Shown: piece by piece, positions 46,743 through 60,709 of the stretch | How positions within the stretch are numbered: the first letter of the stretch is position 1 | Layout of the letters: every line of letters starts with the position of its first letter | Source of the DNA: the human T2T-CHM13v2.0 reference genome, Homo sapiens | Direction: 5' to 3' (one strand) | DNA: 64,000 bases | Assembly: GCF_009914755.1 (NCBI RefSeq) | Contig: NC_060946.1 | The notes under the pieces: generated by a model | The model's input: the letters and a program-made list of their open reading frames with translations, nothing else | What the model was told of the DNA's origin: nothing | Databases searched by the model: none | Translations under genes and position numbers: made by a program

Positions 46743-47998
46743 GATGTCTCATGGTCTGATTCAGAATCAAGGTGATGTTTCTTGATTCCAGAGAATCCCT
46801 GAATGTCAGAGAAAGTATCTAATGCCTGCCTTTCTCTCTCTCGACTGCTCCTTCATTTTTCCTATGAGAAATTAAATAATCTGCCCCAAATTACTCTACT
46901 TGGAGCAGCAAATCTGGGCTGAGAATCTGGCCCTCCCCCTCTAGTTCTTTCTCCTTGTATTTTTCCACTGCTCTCCCTGGTGAAATAAACACACCTCCAA
47001 TTCTCTGCCTCGCCTGTCTCTGCCTAGTCTGATTAGGTCAACCCCAGCAAGCTCAATGTGATTGTACTTTTATAAAATGCACCATGCTGTCATGCTGGAT
47101 GAATGTCATCTTTTCCCTAGAACTTGCGTTGTAACGGACTTCAACTCAGTTTTGTATGTAGCTTCTAGGAAACAGAATCTTGGTTGACATCACTGATTCT
47201 TCCTCCTCTGTTCTCTCTGCTCAGATGCTAACTTATGGGCATCTCAGTGGACACAGGAAAAAGGTTGGCTTGAATCTAGGCATAGTGACTGAGGAGTTTA
47301 CAGAAAATCAGTTGTATGCATATTGTGTTACCAACACCATGGGAAGACTTATTTATGGAAAAATAAATGATCAGTCACTAAATATTAAGTGCCTATCATG
47401 CCAGACCATATAAGTGGAGCTGATAGTTTAAAAGAGTTTACTTAATATTTTTTTGTTCATCTACTGAGCTACAATGGGAATTTCATCTGGCAATGGCTAA
47501 AATCATATCACTAATACATGATTTCATCAGAAGATGGGGCTGTGTGAATAGCAGGAATTAGTATGTGCACTCAGCTCTGAGAGGTGGGGAGCAGACTTTG
47601 TTTCCGTAGAAGCAGGAGTGTGTCTCTCCAAAACCCATCGCCTGAGGGCACTACAGAGAGTATGGCCTCAGGGGACTCAGCTGCCAGAACACTGTGAAGC
47701 CTAGAGACATCACTCTTGAAAGAGCCTCACTTTTCCCCTGTCATTGAGGTAAATAATTTTTAGCTGACTGAGGTCACCCAGAAATTCCCATTGCCTGTAA
47801 GCCATAAAATAGTTAATTAAGCAACACACTTAATGGAGAATTTGTGTGTGTCACGGTGTGTTCTCTTAATTAACATTTTAATATGTTTGTGGTAAGAGGG
47901 CTTGAGGTCATCTAAAGAAAGAAAATTAAATGCATTCTAAGGAATTAATACGGTGCCAGGTATGTGGAAACTCCTAATCAATAGCAGCCATTATTGTT

Positions 47999-48635
47999 TA
48001 TTTATTTATTTATTTTTATTTTACTTTAAGTTCTGGGATACATGTGCAGAACATGTAGGTTACATAGCTATATATGTGCCATGATGGTTTGCTGTACCTA
48101 TCAACCCATCATCTAGGTTTCAAGCCCTGCGTGCATTAGGTATTTGTCCTAATGCTCTCCCTCTCCTTGTCCCCCACTCCCTGACAGGTCCCAGTGTATG
48201 ATGTTCCCCTCCCTGTGTCCATGTGTTCTCACTGTTCAACTCCCACTTATGAGTGAGAATATGCGGTGTTTGGTTTTCTGTTCCTGTGTGAGTTCGCTGA
48301 GAATGATGGCTCCCAGCTTTATCCATGTCCCTGAAAATGACATGAACTCATTTTTTATGGCTGTATGTATTCCATGGTGTATATGTGCCACATTTTATTT
48401 AGTCTATCATTGATGTGCATTGGGTTGGTTCCAAGTCTTTGCTATTGTAAATAGTGCTGCAATAAACATACATGTGCATGTGTCTTTATAGTGGAATGAT
48501 TTATAATCCTTTGGGCATAAACCCAATAATGGGATTTGCTGGGTCAAATGGTATTTCTAGTTCTAGATCCTTGAGAAATCACCACACTGTCTTCCACAAT
48601 CATTGAGCTAATTTACACTCCTACCAAGAGTGTAA
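47999..48635 (-). mobile_element. 5'-truncated L1PA8-like element
   Basis: (TTTA)n tail; catctaggtttcaagccc 3'UTR; TSD CCATTATTGTT at 47988..47998 and 48636..48646. Confidence 0.92.
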
Positions 48636-49323
48636 CCATTATTGTTAAGAGGACTCTGTGTGCAGTACTGTTCAATGAAACTGCATGGTAGAATTCACAG
48701 AAGGCTGCACATACAGAGAGGGGCATGACGCGTATGGCGTGTCTGATTCCCCATCTCAACTTCACATATGTCTTGAGAGGGAATGCAGAGCTTCCCTCAG
48801 CCCTGCATCTCCAGATCCTGGCTCTCTGCCTGGAAAATAGCAGGCCCACCGTGAGTGATTGCCTGGTGCTGCATAAACTGCCAGGGTTCCCCAGTGGTGC
48901 AGAATGAGACCCCTGGCTGACACATCAGGGGATCAGGTTCTAACTTATCATGGGATGTTGGGAAAGATGGAGCTCTTGCCCAGGCTTTAGAGTTTCCATC
49001 TTAGAAAGTGGGGTTTGGAACCCATTCATTTCTGTAGTTCATGCCAGTCTACATAAATGTCAATGATTCTGTGACTCTTTGTTCAAAGTCATAAATCTTG
49101 TTAAGTTGCATTGGAGTTGGAGTCATCATGGTAGATTTGTGAGGCTACTGAAAGATCATGAGCCTCTGCCCTAAATTGTTTTCCAATCTGATGACGGAAA
49201 TAGGGCTTACCCAACATGAAAAAAGTAATAAAGAGTAATTAAAGACTCATAATAATGCATTGCTTTATGGCTAGAGACAATTCTAAACAAGACATCATTT
49301 TTCACAGAACAAATGGTCTTGAT

Positions 49324-49540
49324 CAGGGGTCAGCAAATGACTCTGCAGAAGCTAAAATTTAGTCCCTCTGTATTATATAAATACGGTTTTATTGGAACAC
49401 AGCCATCTCATTGTTGAGTATTGTCTATGGCTATTCTCATACTACTGTGGCAGAGCTAGGTAGTTGCAAAATAAACCACTTATTTCACAAAACCTAAAAC
49501 ACTTACTACCTGACCCTTTACAAAGTGTACTGGCCCCTCA
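49324..49540. mobile_element. MER58-like hAT MITE
   Basis: caggggtcagcaaa...ttttattggaacacagcca...tgacccttta. Confidence 0.75.
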
Positions 49541-51007
49541 TCTATTTGAAAAAATATGTACCTTCAAAGGAGGCTATATCTTGGTTACTGCAGTGATCTG
49601 GGAAAGCTCCCTGGAAAAAAGGGTCTGAAGAGCTCTAAGAAGTGGACAGGTAATGGAGAGGCAAACAAAGAAAGGAAAATCCCATACTCATAGAATCCTA
49701 GACTTACAGGAATCTTCCAGGCACCTGTGCATCCATGCAGTTTGCCTTCAGGATTGAATCTTCACTGGATCACACCTGAACAGATAACTGTTCAGACAAG
49801 CCCCGCAGAACTCTCGAAAAGAGGGCAGACACCCCATGCAATATGCCATCAGCATCACAGTGTTTCACCCAGAGTTGAAGAGACAGGATAGCAAAAGAGC
49901 CCTCCCACTAAGAGATAGAAATCTACTTCCCTGTAGGTTTTTGAGAAAAATAAAATAGTTTCTTCCCAAGTCATCTCTATACCAAACTGAATTCCCACAG
50001 AACAGTTCCCATATACAGTTCTCAGGCCCTCTCCCATCATCACCAGCCTACTTCAGGCACACTCCTGTTTGTGAATTTTCATCTCCAGGATGACACCAGA
50101 AGAGAGCCTTGTGGCTCCGGGGATTTTAGTCTTCAGTGGATCACTACCTCCCTGTGTCTCTTTCCAGCTGCTTCCCTCCAGTGCACTGTGTTTGAAAGAG
50201 CTGTGGTTTGGGCATTATATAGACTTTTATATAAATCTTGGCTCCCCTTTTTCTATCTCTCTGAGTCTCAATTCCCTCATTGTTTAAATATAGCCTACAG
50301 GATTGCTGTGAAGACTGGAGATAATGGTCATAAAGAGCCCAGGACATGGTAAATGCTCAAGAAGTAATAGTTATCTTTATCGTTCTAGGTAGCCACCTCT
50401 ATTAATGAAGTCTGATCTCGCAGGAAATCAGTCTGCAAAGCAGCTTCACTCTGCCAAAATTCTCCCCGTGTCTGTTCCCATAAAAAAATTGACAATCTCT
50501 GTTTCTGGGAAAAGTGGGGTCCTAATTTGCCCCAACTGAGGTCTATGTCCAATTACAAACTGTCCTTCCAAGTTGCATGGCTCTCTCTGTGCTCATTCTG
50601 CTCTGGCTCCTATGAGCAGCTCTGTCTGCTCACACCCATTCCTCTGATCCTGGTATTTTTCCCTTGACCTGCCACCTCTCTGACTCCTCTGAGAAGCACA
50701 ATAGGCTCTGCCTGGTGTGAACTTCTAGGTATTATTCTTCTCCCTCACAAAGCTGGACCGTTAACTTGACAATGTTCCCTAGCCCAGGCAATGCGGGGGC
50801 TTTCCAATGCTGGGACCAATCCTACCACCATTTGTATGCTCCTTCTATCCTTGGTAGCTCTGCAAAACAAACTTTCCCTTTTCTCACAAGGAATTTTTCC
50901 AAATATTGAACACAGAGATACAGATTGTAAATGTGAGTCCAGTAGCTGGACCAGTGTAAAAAGCCAAGGATGGATGTGAACTTAGAGAAGAACTCCAGAA
51001 ATGTCTG

Positions 51008-51407
51008 CGATATGGTTTGGCTCTGTGTCCCCACCCAAATCTCATGTTGAATTATAATCCCCCAGTGTTAGAGGTGGGGCCTGGTGGGAGATAATTGGAT
51101 CATGGGGGTGGTTTCTGGTGATTTAGGACCATCCCCCTCCTGCTGTCATATGATTGAGTTCTCACGAAATCTGGTTGTTTCAAAGTGTGTAGCGCCTTCC
51201 CCTTTGCTGTCTCTTCCCCTCGCTCTAGTCATGTGAAGATGTGCTTTGGTTCCCTTTTGGCTTCTGCCTTGATTGTAAGTTTCCTGAGGCCTCCCCAACC
51301 ATGATTCCTTATAGCCTGTGAAACTGTGAATCAATTAAACCTCTTTTCTTTTTAAATTATCCAGTCTCGGGTATGTCTTTATAGCAATGTGAGAATGGAC
51401 TAATACA
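51008..51407 (+). mobile_element. MSTA-like solo LTR
   Basis: gatatggtttggctctgtgtcccc...ggactaataca; 5-bp TSD GTCTG. Confidence 0.9.
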
Positions 51408-51424
51408 GTCTGTGAAATGCTCAG

Positions 51425-51897
51425 TGTGGTTGGCAGAATAATGCCCCCACCAAAGATGCCCATGCCCCAGTCCCTGGAACCTGTGACTCTGTCACCTTAC
51501 ATGGCAAAAGGGACTTTACAGATGGGATTACAGGATTGTTTTGGATTATATGGGTGAGCCAAGGCAGTCACAGCACCCTTAAAAGTGGAAAAAGAATGCA
51601 GAAGAGAAGTCAGAGTGATGCAATCTGGGAGGAATTTGACCTTTCATTAGTGGCTTTGAGGAAGAAAGAGGGGGCCAGCCAAGGAATGTGGGCAGCCTCT
51701 AAAGCTGGAAAAGGCAAGGAAACAGATTCTGTCCCCCAGCCTCCAGAAGGAAATAATGATACTGACACTTTGATTTTAGCTCCCTGAGGCATGGGTCAGA
51801 CCTTCTACACTACAGAACTTTAATATGAGAAGTTTGTATTGTTTAAAACCACTAAATTTGTGGTGATTTGTTATGGCAGCAGCGGAAAACTAATACA
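51425..51897 (+). mobile_element. MLT1D/E-like solo LTR
   Basis: tgtggttggcagaataatg...acatggcaaaagggacttt...aaactaataca; flanks ctcag/ctcaa. Confidence 0.85.
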
Positions 51898-52310
51898 CTC
51901 AAGAAAAACAGACAGGAAAGTGAGAAGACTAGCAGAGAAGATTGTCAAGAAAATCCAAGAAGGTTAGAGTTTCAAGAAGTAGGAGGTGGCAAGAATGACA
52001 AGGAGGTTGAAGGAGATGAGAACTGGAAAGAAAAAAAATCTGGATCCTCTTCTCCCTGCATGCTAACCATATCTTCTATTTCCAGCTCCACCTCCCAAAA
52101 CAATATCCTACAGCCACCGGGGTGATATTTCTAAAATAGAGATAAAAACACATCATTCTCCAGCTTAAAATTCTCTACTAACTCCCACAACCTTCATTAT
52201 AAAGTCCCAAATTGCTTGAAGACATAATCTACCCACAGATAACCTTCCAAGTCTATGCCCTGCCACTTTCTCCATGTTCCAAAACATGCTCACCTTTCCA
52301 AACCTACTAA

Positions 52311-53311
<1,001 letters not shown>

Positions 53312-53349
53312 ACACAGCATTAGGCAAGAACACAGCATTAGGCAAGTTC

Positions 53350-53552
53350 TAGACTGTGCAGTGGTATCTTAGGCAATGATGGAAATGTACTATATTTATG
53401 CTGTCCGTTAGCCACAGGTAGCAATAAAGCACTTGAATATGGCTAGTGTAACTGAGGAACTGAACTTTTCATTGTATTTCATTTTAATTCATTTAAATTT
53501 GTGTTCAAATAGTTACAAGTGGTTAGTAGCTACCTGATTGGATAGTGCAGCT
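53350..53552. mobile_element. MER3-like hAT MITE
   Basis: agcacttgaatatggctagtgtaactgaggaactgaa...ttggatagtgcag. Confidence 0.75.
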
Positions 53553-54112
53553 AGTGGAAAGGCAAGATAAATAGGAATATAAGCAAGGCATCAAATCTAA
53601 AGGGAGGACGGGTTAACAATTATGAAACCACTGTCTATTCATACTGGAATTGAACAATTTAATAAATGGGTGGTAAATGGTGGAAGCCAAGATTTTTTAT
53701 TGTTGGAGCGAAAGGTTACAGACAAGCAAGGGGAGAAGGCTAGAATGATTCATCTGGTACCAGATCAGTGTCCTACACATGAGTATTTTAGCTTAATATA
53801 AGGTGACATAAAGACACAGTTAATGATATGCATATATACACTGGTTAGTACATACGTATATATTTCCTTGCTCTGTCAGCTGCAAGGGCCTAGAACCAAC
53901 AAGCACATATCACACCTCCATCTTGGTCTCTAAAACCATTCTACCATAAAAGGAACCAGGGCTTTCTAGAGAAGTGATTGACTGTAGGACTGGGGTAAGA
54001 AATACGTAAATATGTAAGATGAGACTGGAGCATCTTGCCGTACCAGGAAGCAAAGAAGTGAAGAAACACACACAATGATGAAGTAGACCAAGGGGACACA
54101 GGAGCCAATTAA

Positions 54113-54113
54113 A

Positions 54114-54153
<40 letters not shown>

Positions 54154-54244
54154 AGGAAGGAAGGAAGGAAGGAAGGAAGGAAGGAAGGAAGGAAGGAAGG
54201 AAGGAAGGAAGGAAGGAAGGAAAGAAAGAAAGAAAGAAAGAAAG
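54113..54244. repeat. Compound STR (AAAG)10(AAGG)17(AAAG)6
   Basis: Counted directly. Confidence 0.97.
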
Positions 54245-54370
54245 AAGAGCCCCAAGTGACCAAAGCTGAGATGATTTGAGCAAAAAAGTAATAACATGAA
54301 TTGGATTACAACCCAGAGTATAAAAAAAACCATGAGTCCATAGTAATATGAATAAGTGACTGAATAAAAA

Positions 54371-54438
54371 TGAGGTTGGTGCAAAAGTAATTGCAATTAT
54401 AAATGGCAAAAAGGGCAATTACTTTTGCACCAACCTAA
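54371..54438. mobile_element. MADE1 (mariner-derived MITE)
   Basis: Perfect 22-bp inverted repeats AGGTTGGTGCAAAAGTAATTGC at 54373..54394 and 54415..54436. Confidence 0.92.
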
Positions 54439-55355
54439 TAAATAAATGAAGGAGAATAGACAAGTCTCTTGCACAGAGGATTCCACATCTTTCATAATCA
54501 ATGCAGATGCTGCATCTTTAAGGAGTTACAGCATAATTCCCATTCTTTATGTGCAGACTATGCGTAGTGACATTTTGCCAAAGAGTGCAGTATGAAAAGA
54601 TAGAAAAATGAGTGCTTTGCAGCTGGAAAACCTGATAAAAGCTGCCTTATGTCACATCAAAGTAAACATCAACAGTGACAGGACATGTTGATAGCATGTA
54701 CTCCTGATAGGATGTGATAAGAAATGTTCTTTACCTTTGTGGTCTTCCTCCAAAAAACCCATAACCCTAACCTAATTAAGAGAAAAACATCAGACAAATC
54801 CCAACTGAGGGAGAGTCTACAAAATACCTGACTAACATTCTTCAAAACTGTCAAGGTCACCAAAAACAAAGAAAAATCTTAGAAATTTTGACAGCCAAGA
54901 GGAATCTAAGGAGACAGGATGCCTCAGAGCAATATGAAATCATAGATGGAATCCTAGAACAGAGAAAGGACATTAACTAGAAACTAAGGAAATCGGACTA
55001 CATGTGGACATCAGTGAATAATAATGTATCAGTATTGGTTCATTAAGTGTGACAAATGTACCACAGTAATGTAAGTTGTTAATGATAGAGGAAACTGAGC
55101 ATGGAATATATCTTTACAATTACTCTGTAAATCTAAACTACACTGAAATTAACTTTATCTAAAAAAAATCCAAAGGGATCAGGGAAAAGACAAAAAGGAT
55201 GTGATTTTTTTTCTGAGTCTCCTGGTCATAGCACCCCATATTTCTTGAGGACTCCTCACTTCCCCTAATCTTAGTCCATGTGATTTGGATAAAGCTTTTC
55301 CCTACATCCTTATTCCAATGGAGGGGTAGCATATGATCCAGGATCAGCCAACCAG

Positions 55356-55755
55356 TGATATGGTTTGGACCTGTGTTCCTGCCCAAATCTCATGTCAAAT
55401 TGTAATCCCCAATATTGGAGGTGGGGCCTGGTGGGAGGTGACTGAATCGTGGGGGTAGATTCCCCCAGTTGGGACTGTTCTGGTGATAGTGAGTGAGTTC
55501 TCGTGAGATCTGGTAGTTTAAAAGTGTGTGTCACCTCCCCCACCTCTCTCTTCTTTCTGCTCTGGTTACGTGAAGACAGCCTGCTCCTGCTTTGCCTTCT
55601 GCCATGAGTCAAAACTCCCTGAGGCCTCCCCAGAAGCAGATGCTGTCATGTTTCCTAAACAGCCTGTAGAACTGTGAGCCAGTTAAAACTCCTTTTTTTA
55701 TAAATTACCCAGTCACAGGTATTTCTTTATAGCCATGCAAGAACTGACTAATACA
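55356..55755 (+). mobile_element. MSTA/B-like solo LTR nested in an older MLT1-type LTR (~55200..56148)
   Basis: tgatatggtttgg...ctgactaataca; host ends tttgagttggggtttctgtcaattgcaacc. Confidence 0.85.
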
Positions 55756-57642
55756 CAAAGCATTTCATCTCCATGGCCACTGTGATAGGCTCAGGAGTGG
55801 GCACTTGCCCCAACCCAGGCCCATGAAACCCATCTCCAGTTTGTTTGTTGGAGCAGTTGAAGAAGACAGACTCACCCACCCCATGCCCCACCAGGATCAC
55901 TCAGGGGATGGAAGCTGGCAGCCATCCAATTACCACAAGCCAACATCTTGCCTGAGAATGGTGCCACAATAAAGGAAAACAGTCAAGAGAGAAGGAAAAA
56001 ACCAGAGTTCCAATGACAGCCTTTCATCTCCTAATGTTCATAGTGAGTGGATTTGGCAGTTTGATGAGCTACTATAGTCCCTTTTGCTTAAACAAGTTTG
56101 AGTTGGGGTTTCTGTCAATTGCAACCACAAAAGTCTTGACCAAAACAGTTGGTCTGAGCATCATGGTCTGGGGCCAGAATCTTTAAGAGGGACATTAGAG
56201 GTCGCCTTTCTTCTTAGCCTCCACGTTTCCATGCAGAAACTTCTAGTGAACTGGGATTTAAGTAACTCTTCTACCCCTCTCCGGGTGCACTGATGACTAT
56301 CTGATAGGTGACATCAGTAAAAATAAATAAGTATATATGGATCTGTCCCATTGGGGTCCCCCTCTTTAACCTACCTGCCTGCAAAACTGGATATGTTCTA
56401 CTGCACTGCAGCCAGCATGGGGCATGAACAAACACCTGCATTCTAGTGGCAGTTCTCAAAGCTCATTTTCTTTTGGTCTCACTCTTCAGCCTTGGTAGGC
56501 TTAAGGCAGCTATTCTGGGTAAGATTGACAGCTTCACAGACCCCAACTTTCCCTTGAATGCATCATCCTGAAGTCTCAACTCAGGGGTAAAAACTAGAAT
56601 GCCTGAAGGTTGCTGCAGATCCAAGACACGGTCTCCAATTTACCATTATCCATAATGAAAGTGGTATTTTGCCCATTAGTTGTCTGACATCTATTTCTCA
56701 TCCTGTTCTGAACTCAGTCTGAAAGAAGAGCATAATTAATTTCCACCTCTCAAATCTCGGCAAAAGAATGAGGATGAGGGATAGGGTATGGAGAACAATA
56801 CACAGAGATGTGGAAGGATTTCGACAATGGAAGTCATTTTATGGTCCTTATATAACTCTTCTCCTGTGTGTGTGGACAGAAAAATGCTAAGGGTAGTCTT
56901 TTAAAAACTGTAAGAGGGGTCAATAACTAGCTTGACAAGAATAAATTCCTCTTGTCATTATGAGTAGCATGTATACGGCAAGCAGAAAATTTCTTTATAT
57001 CTTTTCTATTGTCCTGAATGATAACTAAATTGAAATATAAGGTATATTTGCACACCTTAAGTAAGTTATAGAGGAAATTTGTCTTCCCCTCCAGGGATTC
57101 CTCTGGCCACGGGTCTTGAAAGGGCATCCTCTCAAGATTCTATGTCTGGTTAATCCCTTTATCCCTCTGTTCAGTGGGGACAGTAACTTCTCCCATTTTT
57201 ATGAGAGATTAACTGTGAAAGTGACTTGGTTAATGCTTCCAAAGTGCTGGGCAAGTACCAAGAATTGCAATAAGGGAAGCTGGAAAGCAGAAGTGAAGTC
57301 TGAGAAAACTCAAATTCCTTTTACATAAATAACTTGTGCCATTATCTTGGTTTCTCAAGTCAGAATTTCTTCTGTAAATAATTCACAGTAATAGGCAGTG
57401 AGCTTGCTGTGAAGGGAAGTGGTTAATTATTTACAATACTGATGGAATGTGAAACCTAACACAATCTGGATGGAAAATGGGGAATGTGTTAGGGATAAAG
57501 GAGACCAGGCTCTGTCAGAGGAGAAGATGGCAGTGAAAAAATTTAATAATATTAGTGTCTTTCTTATAGAGCTAAATCCTACTGGGCTCAGACTCTGGGG
57601 CAGTGTAACAGTGAAAGAACAGGGTTCAAACAGCTAAAAATA

Positions 57643-58059
57643 CATTGACTCTTGAACAACACAGGTTTGAACTGTGTAGGTCCATTGATATGCAGATTTT
57701 CTTCCACATCTGCCACCTCTGAGACAGCAAGACAAACTCCTCCTCATCCACTCTGCTTACTCAGTGTGAGGACGACAAGGATGAAGACCTATAGGATGAT
57801 GTACTTCCTCTTAATGAATAGTTTTCTCATTATTTTCTCTAACAACATTTTTTCTCTTACTTTATTGTAAGAATACAGTATAAAATACATATGACATACA
57901 AAATATGTGTCACTCGACTATTTATGTTATCAGCAAGGCTTCCAGTCAACAGTAGGCTGTTAGCAGTTAAGTTTTGGTGAAAACAAAACATATACATGTA
58001 GATTTCTGACTGCACGGGGGTTGACACACCTAATCCTAACATTGTTCAGGGGTCAATTG
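57643..58059. mobile_element. Tigger2a-like DNA transposon derivative
   Basis: TIRs cattgactcttgaacaa / ttgttcaggggtcaattg; TA target duplication. Confidence 0.88.
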
Positions 58060-58675
58060 TAATTTCAAGTAGCACTCGCTTGTATGTCTTGAACCCCATG
58101 CAAGAAACATATAACTTAAATACACACATTGGAGGTCTCTTCCACTGAGTGATATGGGGAGAAGATAAAGAGTTAACTGTACCAAATTAGCATTCCTTTC
58201 AATAACCAGAAAGGGGTAGAAAATCTGAGAACACTCAAGCACTAATAACTTTTATCATTTCACAACGTAATAACTTAAAACTATGGTACTCTTGCCTTGA
58301 TTCTACCTGTCCTGTATACACTGAATGTATAATTTCATTCTTACAATGACCTCATTTTCCAGGTATCATCAACCATCCTTATGTTGTAGATGAGGAAACT
58401 GCACTTCAGAGAAGTGCAATAATTTGGCTGTGGTCACACAGCTAGAAAGTGGAGACACAGGTCTGTCTTTACCTTTGTGTTTTTTTCACCAAGCCTGATG
58501 AAAATACACCACCAGTCCCACAAGAGTTTCCAGCAGTTCAAGTATGTCCAAAGCGTTAACCCTTCTTTCTTTTTGACCACAAAGAGATGCAGACTTAGTG
58601 TTGCAGAAGGGGAACAGCATTAGCTCCAGGTTGTGACCGACCGGGGCTAGACTCCTTGCACCCTTGTTTAATATC

Positions 58676-59013
58676 TGTATTAATTCATTCTCACATTGCT
58701 ATAAAGAACTACCTGAGATGGGGTAATTTATAAAGGAAAGAGGTTTCATTGGCTCACAGCTCTGCAGGCTGTACAGAAAGCATGGCTGGAGAAGCTTCAA
58801 AAAACTTACAATTGTGATGGAAGGCAAAGACGAAGGAGTCACGTCCTACATGGCTGGAGCAGGAGAAAGAGACGGGGGAGGTGCTACACAGTGTCAAACA
58901 ACCAGATCTCATGGGAATTCACTCACTATCATGAAAACAGGAAGGGAGAAATCTGCCACCATGATTAAATTGAACATGATATTTGGGTGGGGACACAAAT
59001 CCAAACCATATTA
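58676..59013 (-). mobile_element. MST-type solo LTR
   Basis: tgtatt...cattgctataaagaactacctgaga...caaatccaaaccatat; flanks atatc/atagc. Confidence 0.85.
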
Positions 59014-59069
59014 ATAGCTGTGTAACACAGGCCAAGTTGTTTAACCCCATTCAGCCTGTTTTCCCTATT

Positions 59070-59675
59070 GATTCATTGCACAAATACTTACTGAGCAACT
59101 GTCATCTGCTGAGCAACTGAGGTAAAGAAAGCAAACACAAGTGTGCCTGCCCTCAAGGAGCTTACATTCTAGTGCATATAATGAATAGACAGTGGAGGTG
59201 GGGAGTAAGACTGCTATAGGCAAAATAAATCAGAAAATGATACAAACTAAAAAGAAAGGAGAAAGAGCTGAGGGAGTATGTACCACAGGGTTCCAGTTTT
59301 AAATGCAGTCATCAAAAAAGTATCATGAAGATGTGAACATTTGAACACAGACTGGAGTCAGGAGCCAACCATGTGGAGATCTTGGGGAGGATTCCAGGCA
59401 GAGGGAAGAGCAGGCACAAAGACCCTGAGATGAAGACATGCAAGATGATAAGAGGTTACCTGGTATGTTTGAGGAGCATCAGTGAGGCCAGAAAGGCTGG
59501 AGCAAAGAGAGTGAGAGGGAGGAGGTGACAGGAGATGAGACCAGAAAGGTGATGTGGTGCAGGGGGCAAGTCCTACAGAACTTCCTTAGCAAAGGGAGCC
59601 ATTCTTAATGTGTGAGATGGGGAGCCCCTGGAGGGTTTTTGGCAGAGAAGCAGCATGAGCAGTCTTAGGTTTTAA
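59070..59675 (-). mobile_element. L2a fragment, interrupted by the L1
   Basis: caaatacttactgagc...cctgccctcaaggagcttacattctagt...tccaggcagaggg. Confidence 0.8.
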
Positions 59676-60134
59676 GACTTGTCTTGCGGTTCCAAGATGG
59701 CTGAATAGGAACAGCTCTAGTCTACAGCTCCCAGCATGAGTGACGCAGGAGACGGGTGATTTCTTCATTTCCAACTGAGGTACCAGGTTCATCTCACTGG
59801 GGCTTGTCAGACAGTGGGTGCAGTATAGTGGATGCAGTGCACTGAGCATGAGCCAAAGCAGAGTGAGGCATCGCCTCACCCGGGAAGTGTAAGGAGTCAG
59901 GGAATTCCCTTTCATAGCCAAGCAAAGCCATGACAGAAGGCACCTGGAAAATCGGGTCACTCCCACCCTAATACTGCGCTTTTCCAATGGCCTTAGCAAA
60001 CGGTACGCCAGGAGATTATATCCTGCCCCTAGCTTGGAGGGTCCCACACCGAGGGAGCCTGACTCATTGCTAGCACAGCAGTCTGAGATCAAACTGCAAG
60101 GCAGCAGTGAGGCTGGGGGAGGGGCGCCAGCCAT
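59586..60134 (-). CDS. L1 ORF0 homolog, open and reading into flanking DNA (182 aa); expression unknown
   Basis: [23 protein letters not shown]...IRVGVTRFSRC; Kozak context gcaATGG. Confidence 0.55.
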   Translation of the reverse strand: MAGAPPPASLLPCSLISDCCASNESGSLGVGPSKLGAGYNLLAYRLLRPLEKRSIRVGVTRFSRCLLSWLCLAMKGNSLTPYTSRVRRCLTLLWLMLSALHPLYCTHCLTSPSEMNLVPQLEMKKSPVSCVTHAGSCRLELFLFSHLGTARQVLKPKTAHAASLPKTLQGLPISHIKNGSLC

Positions 60135-60709
60135 TGCTGAAGTTTGAGTAGGTAAACAAAGTGGCTGGGAAGCTCAAACTGGGTGGAGACCATCGCAGCA
60201 CAAGGAGGCCTGCCTGCCTCTGTAGACTCCACCTCTGGGGTCAGGGCATAGCGAAACAAAAGGCAGCAGAAACCTCTGCAGACTTAAATGTCCCCATCTG
60301 ACAGCTGTGAAGAAAGTAGTGGTTCTGCCAGCACGGAGTTTGCGATCTGAGAACGGACAGACAGCCTCCTCAAGTGGGTCGCTGACCCCCGAGTACCCTA
60401 TCTAGGGGGCACCCCCCAGTAGGGGCAGACTGATAACTCACACGGCCAGGTACCCCTCTGAGACAAAACCTCCAGAGGAATGATCAGACAGCAACATTTG
60501 TTGTTCAGCAATATTCACTGTTCTGCAGCCTCCGCTGCTGATACCCAGGCAAACAGGGTCTGGAGTGGACCTCCAGCAAACTCCAACAAACCTGCAGCTG
60601 AGGATCCTGACTGTTAAAAGGAAAACTAACAAACAGAAAGGACATCAACACCAAAACACCATCTGTATGTCACCATCATCAAAGACCAAAGGTAGATAAA
60701 ACCACAGAG

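Larger units (their letters stand above)
53560..55165 (+). mobile_element. Old L1MC-like 3'UTR region
   Basis: tgtggtcttcctccaaaaaacccataaccc..., aaaactgtcaaggtca, aataataatgtatcagtattggttcatt, ctgtaaatctaaa. Confidence 0.7.

Noticed and set aside
53910-54418. Repetitive SFLP ORFs
   Set aside because: Translation of the AAAG/AAGG microsatellite.
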